A stretch of 64,000 bases of DNA, from contig OZ024744.1 in the NCBI GenBank assembly GCA_964016885.1, positions 89,032,001 through 89,096,000 on the forward strand, written 5' to 3'. The position numbers and the translations under genes were made by a program. Within the stretch, counting starts at the first letter, position 1. Each line of letters begins with the position of its first letter. The DNA is from Eledone cirrhosa. Lineage: Eukaryota. Below the pieces are notes generated by a model that was not told where the DNA came from, did not search any database, and saw only the letters and a list, made by a program, of their open reading frames with translations. Positions 55,832 through 64,000 of the stretch are shown here, one piece after another.

Positions 55832-58800
55832 GGCGACCTACGTAGGAAATCGTATTATCGTGAGCTCCGCAAAGTTTTGTTGTTTTCAGTTGTTCCAAAT
55901 TGCCAGTTATGGAAAATTTTTGTTGTTAAGTGTTTATAAGTTCACATATATTGCTTTCTGAAAAAGACACTAACAAATTTGGGGCCTTGAGCCCAAAATT
56001 TAAACTTTTTATAATTATCAAACAAAAACTTTCTTTGAAATAAAACATGGACGGCTCTCAGCCACACAAATATGACAGCCTTCCTCACAAACTAACAGCT
56101 CACACCAACACTACCATTGTAAATATTACTACGGTTGCCAACACTAAAAATATAAGCAGGGGCAATAATTTAAATTTTTCACATGCAGACATTCATTTCC
56201 CGCCTTTACCAATAACTGCAGGTGTTAAAGCCGCCACCCCCACCACCACCACAGCGACAACAGAAACAAAAAAATAAATGATTATCTCGTGACATCGACA
56301 TGGATCACCCAGAATCGACTCTTTTACGCCGAACACCACTGACACCACCACCACCACCTCCACCACAACTGAAACTAAAAATAACAGAAACAAAAGTAAC
56401 AATAATAACAACAGCAACAACACAACAATGAGAATAACAACAACAACTTCAACACCAGCGCAAAACAAAATGTGTCGTTTGCCAAAGCAGCCAAGAAAAG
56501 CGAAACAATCGAGGTAAGCCAGGATGAATTAAATGAAGCCAAGAGAATGGTAAAAAAAGATGGGTACAGGGTCAGCCCCCCACCCCATCTAATAAAATGG
56601 AGCAACAACTCCTATGCACCGAGTCATATCGGACGATAAACACAAAATCACGCCGGGCATCCGAGTCCCAGATACAAAAAACTTTGGAACATGTGTGCGC
56701 GAAAAAACCCACATCAGACGTGGGCAGAATTATGGAAACGTGGACGTGTTCTTTGGAACCCAACAGGAAGCCAGAGAACACTCCATTTCCCCATTAAGAA
56801 GTGACGACTTCACACTCGTCCCAAGCTATTGTGGCCAGAGACTCGTGAAGATCAGGGTGACCCACCTTCCGCCGGCCATCGAAATTCCCTGGATAATGGC
56901 TGCCATCCTAACCGGAATCGAGGCCAACACGAAAATAATTGAGGTAACAAAAGAAAAGCAGGAGAACTGGTCCGGATCTGGGATGGAGCTCCTGATCAAA
57001 GCGGACCAAAAAACATTGAGGAAATTCCAGAGGTGATAGACCTCAATGACGGCAGCCACCTCACCGTAATAGTTGTGGGTAGAAGGCCCAGGTGCGTCGT
57101 TTGTGGCGAAGTAACCCACCTAAAGGCTTTCTGCCCACAGTCTAAAAAGTTGAAGCCACCTCTCTTACCCACCCCAGTGATTTAACCATCAACACCACCA
57201 GCAGCAGAAATGGCAGCAACAACTGTAGCAGCAACAACCCCAGCAAGAGTAGCAAAACCAACACCACCATCACCCACCGCCCCAGAATTAGCACCAGCGC
57301 CTCCACCATCCACCACGCCACAACCAAAACCAACGCCTGTGGAGGATTTTCCCCTCCCCGACCTATCCCAACTGGAAACACATCGTGACGATGAGGAGGA
57401 GTGGGAAATGGTATCAGGAAAAAAAGAAAAAGAAAAAAAGAACCCAAAAAAGAAAAAACCCTCTTCCTTCGCCCTCCAAAAACAAAATGCAAGAGGAAAC
57501 AAATAAGCAAACAAAGAAAAAAGTTAAGACATCTATGCCACCACCCTCACCAGCATCACCAGCCCCATCACCACAAACACCAACACCATCACCATCCTTA
57601 ACCCCACAACCACCATCTCCAACACCACAAAAATAACCAAAAAGCGAAACAGAAACAAACCCACAACAAACACTAACAAAACAACCAAAACAATACACAC
57701 TACACAGCATTAGATATGAACAACAACCAATTATTACATTACATCCAGTACAACACATGCATAACAGAAAAAGACTCACAACAGCCAAAAATTCACATCA
57801 ACTCCACACATACAAATCATTCGCATCACACAGAAAAGGTACACGACACTAAAAAAAAATTCACCAAGGACATCTGAGACTTCCGACAAATACTCTCCAG
57901 CACGATTTATAAGGACATTCTTCCGGAGGAGGCCACAAGCAGTGAGAAGGATGGACAAACCATCCAAGCTCTTTAGTGTTAGTGGGCGACTGGAACAGGA
58001 TCTTAGATGCACGCTGGGACTGTGTGGGATTAGCGGATTGGGGAGGAGGGTGTAAGAGCATTACCAACCTGCTCAGACGTTTTGAACCGTCTGACAGGTA
58101 CCGATTGGATTTCCCGAATGTGCCAATGTGGACTTGGACAAACCGCATCGGGTCATCCAGATCATATCTAGATAGAGTATTTTGTATGGAAATAGATAGG
58201 TCTAGCATAGATTGTCCACAATTCAAGATAGTCAGCTACACGGATCACAAATTCGCGTAGCTGTGTGGTTGACTTAGATAAACTTCATAGACAAGGACCC
58301 GGCTACTGGAAGCTAAACGTGTCATTAACAGCGCGCAAGGCTTACAGAGACAGGATTAGCGAACTAGTTAAGCGGGCGTTGACGGGGGCCATCGTCAAAT
58401 GGTCGTTTGCTCTGAAAAGAGCAATTAGAATAGAGTCCATTAGGTTTAGTAAGGCTTTAGCAATAGAGAAACATAGAGCAGAAAATTAGAGAAGCACTTA
58501 GCAAAGTCATCCCGACCGACTTACTTGCGGCGAAATTGGCTCTTGACTAATTCTTCAATGCAAAGCACGAAGGCTGCGTTGTCAGAGCTAGGGTGCGTGC
58601 TCTCAGACACGAGGGTAAGCCGTTCAATGGGCCCGAGTGGCGGAGGTGCGTCGTGGTAACAAAGCCACGATCTGGTCTTTGATGGACCACGACGGGCGCA
58701 TGCTACTCGATCCCGGGCAAATGTGTGAAGCTTTTCAGCGACACTTCGCTCAGATGTTCGGGGGCAGCAGTGGGCCGGATCGAGGGATGGACTTTAGTGT

Positions 58801-61086
58801 CTACCTCGACGTACTGCCGCGGCTCTCGGCCACGGAGGCGGAGTGTTTGCAAAAAGCCGCTAACAGCCGCTGACGTACGGGAGGCAATGACTGGCTGCAC
58901 AAGGGGTAAATCGCCTGGTTTGGATGGTCTGCTCTATGAACTTTACGTACAGATGCCAGACTTGCTCTGAGGCCTCTTGGCGGACGTCTACTGCAACTGG
59001 CAACAGAACGGGAGAATTCCCAGCTCTGTGAGCCGAGGAGCGGTGGTGCTGCTGAGAAAGGATCCGAACAAGGGGGATAACATAGATAATTTCAGGCTCA
59101 TAACCCTGCTAAACACAGAGTTCGAGATTTTGGCCAAGGTAATAGCAAAGAGGTTGGCGCTTGTCGTTGGTGGTTTGGTGGGAGAGGCGCAGACATGCGC
59201 CATTCCCGACAGATCTATCCACGACAACCTCCACCTCATGCAATACATCGTAGAGAGGGTAGCTAGGGAACCTGGCACGGGTGGGTCCTTGATCAATTTA
59301 GGTCAGTCGAAAGCTTTCAATGGAGTCGACCATCGTTATTTGGCGGCAGTCCTGAGGGCGGCTGGCTTTGAGCCCATCTTCTGGATCGCTGCCATGCACA
59401 GTCACATCTGCTCTGTGGTGAGAGTGAACGGTCACCTTTCGGAACCGTTCAACATCATGGGCTCGGTCCACCAAGGATATCCCCTCTCCTCCCTCTTCTG
59501 CGTATTGACTCTCGAGCCATTACTGCACAAACTGGAAACGTTGAGGAGGGTACCGTGCGAACTAGGATGCGGAAGATCCGTGTCAGTATATGCGGACGAT
59601 GTCACCGTAGTGGTGTCGAACACCAAACACATCGAAGCGATCGGCACTACACTAAGAGAATCCGAAGCGGTGATAGGAGCAATGATCAACCAGGAAAAGT
59701 CGGTGGGCCTGCAGCTTCGCACCTGGAGAGGCAGGTCCATGCCGTCCAACAGCGTCGTCGGGCGCTGGACGGACGGACCGGTTAAATTGCTAGGGGTCTG
59801 GTTCGGTTCGGACCTCTAGCCGGACAAAAACTGGGACGAGGTGACAAGCAGGGTGGCTTCTCTCACCCAGAAATGGGCGGAAAGGAAGCTATCCCTGAAA
59901 GGTCGAGCGGAACTGGCTAACGCGTACATCGCGACCGTTATCTACTACCGCCTGACCGCCGTACCTTGTCCTAAGCTTGTCCTAAGCTTGCCTGCGCTGG
60001 AGCGTTTGCGCTTTCGCTTTTTGTGGAAGGGACGCGCTCCGATAGTCAGGCGGTCCATCTGCTGTCAACACCCGCTACGTGGTGGGCTGGGAATGCCGTA
60101 GCTGATGATGCGCAGACACGCGCTGAGGCTACGACATCTCCACCTCTTCCTCGACGGTGATCAGGTGTGGTCTCCGTTTGCTAGACACGTTTTTCCCCAG
60201 CTCGTCTCCTTGACGGAGCTGCAGTCCTGGGTCAAGCGAAGACCGAGAGGGAGCGCTTGGAGACTGGAATGTCTTCAGGCGCTCACAGCCCTCGACCAAC
60301 CGGGCAATGTGATCGGTGGAAACTCCACCTTGGCGTTCTATAGAGGATTAGTGGAGGGGAAGAGCGACGACGTACTTGGGGAAACTCTAAGCGTCGACGA
60401 AAATCAACTAGCCAATCTCTTCGGAAGAACTTTCTGGCCGGGGCCTATGGACAACTTCCAGAAATCTCTGGCCTGGCAGTGCTACCGAGGAGCTTTGCCA
60501 GTTCGGTATAAACTCTACAGGCATGGAGGTGCCGTCAGTCGGGCATGTCCGAGATGCGCGCAGGGTGACGAAACCGTCCTGCACGCACTCGTCCAGTGTC
60601 CGAGCATTGCTGACTTGTGGGTTTATGTCGAACACCTGCTGTCGCGTGTAGGACGGATCCAGCTATCATCTGAGTCCATCGTGAGCATTGCCCCGCTTTG
60701 TTCCTTTAGCCGGGAAGGGCAGGCAGTTTTTATCTGTCTGGTGGCCATGGCGAAAGAGATAGTATGGGGGACACGTTTGAAAGGGCTGAAGACGAGCACT
60801 TACCTCTTCGGTGATGCCCTGATTAACTTTTTCAAATTTTATTTGAAAAGGAAAATCAGGGTAGAGAGGGAAGTGCTCTCTTCCCAGCATTTTGTTGAAA
60901 GCTGGGTGAGAGAGGCAAGAATGGCTCGTGTTCATGGGCCTACTCTGAGTATGTCCCTATAAATTGAAGGTGGATAACTCGGAGAGGGCACTTGCCCTGG
61001 TGGTCAGGGTCACCGTGGCTTTTGTTAATGGGCTCTCTCCACGAATGTCCCTCGGAAGTCACCCCCTAAATTTTTCATTGTTTCTA
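55832..61086 (+). mobile_element. Tx1 subfamily A copy 4, degraded; deletion at ~57965 removes the ORF1/ORF2 junction; 3' end lost
   Basis: GGCGACCTACG 5' end, ORF1 pieces, APE/RT/zf-RVT pieces. Confidence 0.92.
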
Positions 61087-63084
61087 CTTTGTGTGTGTAT
61101 GTGTGTATGTGTAGTGTGTGTGTGTATATGTGTGTGTGCGTGTGTGTATGTGTGTATGTGTGTCTGTGTATGTGTGAGTGTATGTGCGTGTGTATGAGTG
61201 TGGGTGTGTATGTGTATGTGCTTGTGTGTTTATGCGTCTATATGTGTGTGTATCTATGTGTGCGACTGAGTGTGTGTGTATGTGTATGTGTATGTGTGTA
61301 TGTGTGTGTATGTGTGTGTATGTGTGTGTATGTGTGTGTATGTGTGTGTGACTGTGTGAGTATGGGTGTATATATGTGTGTGATGGTGTGTGTATTGTGT
61401 GTGTGTGTATGTGTGTGTGTGTGTATATGTGTGTGTGTATGTGTGTGAGTGTGTGTCTATGTATGTGTGTGTATGTGTGTGTGTGACTGTGTGTGTGACT
61501 GTGTGTGTGCGCCTGTGTGTGAGTGTGTGTATGTATGTGCATGTGTATGTGTGTTTGTGTGTATGTGTGTATGTGTGTATGTGTGTATGTGTGTGTGCGA
61601 GTGATTGTGTATGTGTGCGTGTATGTGTGTATGTGTGTATCTGTGTGTGTATATGTGTTTGTGAATGTGTATGTATGCGTGTGTATGTGTATGTGTATGT
61701 GTGTATATGTATGTGTGTGTGTATATGTGTGCGTGCGAGTGAGTGTGTATGTATGTGTGCGTGTATGTATGTGTATGTGTGAGTGTGTATGTATGTGTGT
61801 GTATGTGTATGTGTGTATGTGTGTGTGTGTTTGAGTATGTGTGAGTGTGTGTGTGTGAATCTGTATGTACGTGTGTGTGTATGTGTGTGTATATGTATGC
61901 GTGCGAGTGAGTGTGTATGTATGTGTGCGTGTATGTATGTGTATGTGTGTGTGTGTGTGTGTGAGTGTGTGTGTATGTATGTGTGTGTATGTGTGTGTGT
62001 GTGTGTATGTGTGTGGATGTGTGTCTGATGTGAGTTCATGTATGTATGTATGTACGTATGTATTTATGCATGTTCGTATGTATGTGTGTGTATGTGTGTA
62101 TGTGCATATATATATATATGTATGTATGTGTGTATGTATCTATATTTGAAAGTGTGTCTGTGTGAATGTATATATATGCATGTATATGTATGTATATGCA
62201 TGTATATGTATGTAATATATGTATATGTAATATATGTATATGTATGTATGTATATGTATGTATATGTATGTATGTATATGTATGTATGTATATGTGTGTG
62301 TGAGTGTGTGTGTATGTATGTGTGTGTATGTGTGTGTGTGTATGTGTGTATGTGCATATATATATATGTATGTATGTGTGTATGTATCTATATTTGAAAG
62401 TGTGTCTGTGTGAATGTATATATATGCATGTATATGTATGTATATGCATGTATATGTATATGTAATATATGTATATGTATGTATATGTATGTATATGTAT
62501 ATGTATGTATGTATATGTATGTATGTATATATGTATATGTAATATATGTATATGTAATATATGTATATGTATGTATGTATATGTATGTATATGTAATATA
62601 TGTATATGTATGTATGTATATGTATGTATGTATATGTATGTATATGTAATATATGTATATGTATGTATGTATATGTATGTATGTATATGTATGTATGTAT
62701 ATGTATGTATGTATATGTATGTATGTATATGTGTGTGTGAGAAAGAGAGAGATAGGAAGAAAGAGAGACAGAGAAGGAATAAGGAAAATCAAATGAAAGA
62801 CTGAAAAAGGCGAAAGACATTGAAAACTAGATGGATAGTGAAGAGAAGGAGAGGGAGTGATAGAGCGAGAGAGGGGGTAGAGAGAGGGGGTAGAGAGGGA
62901 GAAAGGGGTGGGAGAGAGAGGGCAGATAAACAGACAGACAGATAGACAGGTGGACTGGCAGGCAGGCAGACGGGTAGACAGACGGGTAGAAAGAGAAAGA
63001 TATATTGAAAAGATGCCCTCCCCTCCACCGACCTCGAAAAGACAGAAAGAAAGGAAGAAAGGAAGAAATGAAGAAAGAAAGAAA

Positions 63085-63146
<62 letters not shown>

Positions 63147-63271
63147 AAAAAAGAAAGACAGAAAGAATGAAAGAAAAAAAGAAGGGCAGAAAGAAAGAAA
63201 GAAAGAAAGGAAGGAAGAAAGAAAGAAAGAATGACAGAAAGGAATAAAGAAAGAAAGATAGAAAGAAAAAA

Positions 63272-63308
<37 letters not shown>

Positions 63309-64000
63309 GAAGAAAGAAAGACAGATTAAAAGAAAGAAAGAATGACAGAAAGAAAGAAAGACAGAAAGAAAGAAAGATAGAAAGAAAAAAGGAAGAAAGA
63401 AAGAAAGAAAGAAAGAACGGAAGAAAGAAAGAAAGAAAGAAAGAAGGGAAGAAAGAAAGACAGATTGAAAGAAAGAACGAAAGACAGAAAGGAAGAAAGA
63501 AAGCAAGAATGACAGAAAGAAAGACAGAAAGAAAGGAAGAAAGATACAGAGGAAGATAAAGGTGGCATGTAAACATATGGCGGTGGCGGCGTAAGTGTAC
63601 GGTGTGTGTGTGTGTGTATGTGTGTCCGTGTGTATGTGTATATGTGTGTGTATGTGTGTGTGAGTATGTGTGTGTGTATGGGTGTGTGTGGGTGTGTGCG
63701 TGTGTTTGTATGTGTGTATATATGTGTGTGTGTGTGCGTGCGTGTGTGTGTGTGGGTATGTGTGTGTGTCTGTGTGTGTGAGCGTATGTGTGTGAGTATG
63801 TGTGTGTGTGTGCGTGTGTTTGTATGTGTGTATATGTGTGTGTATGTGTGTGCGCGTATGTGTGTGCGTGTATGTGTAGGTGTGTGCGTGTGTTTGTATG
63901 TGTGTATATATGTGTGTGTGCATACGTGCGTGTGTGTGTGTGTGTGTGTTGGTATGTGTGTGTGTGAGCGTATGTGTGTGAGTATGTGTGTGTGTGTGTG
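61087..64000. repeat. Low-complexity field: (GT/AT)n 61087-62740, (GAAA)n 63040-63560, (GT)n 63600-64000
   Basis: Direct reading; the ORFs called here are artefacts. Confidence 0.95.

Overview
AT-rich animal genomic DNA, probably a cephalopod such as Octopus (inferred from the SINE and the microsatellite load). It consists almost entirely of retroelements nested in microsatellites. (1) About 11 copies or fragments of L1-clade Tx1-like LINEs sit in (ATT)n or (TATC)n tracts; one near-intact copy is at 29583-35605(-). (2) Four R4/Dong-like RLE LINE copies. (3) A 5'-truncated Penelope-like element (Naiad-type RT plus GIY-YIG) with ~770-bp inverted pLTRs carrying hammerhead ribozyme (HHR) motifs. 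(4) At least five small non-coding HHR-bearing fold-back families in (TA)n; two of them occur as circularly permuted ~540-560 nt monomers (retrozyme-like). (5) A tRNA-derived SINE whose 3' tail resembles the Tx1 3' end. (6) Mariner and RTE relics. Two small candidate host exons on the minus strand suggest the window is intronic. The main leads are the HHR family system, a putative 52-53 nt intron that would fuse Tx1 ORF1 to ORF2 in frame, and strand-partitioned microsatellite targeting by Tx1/SINE versus Dong. All calls were made by eye and boundaries are approximate.
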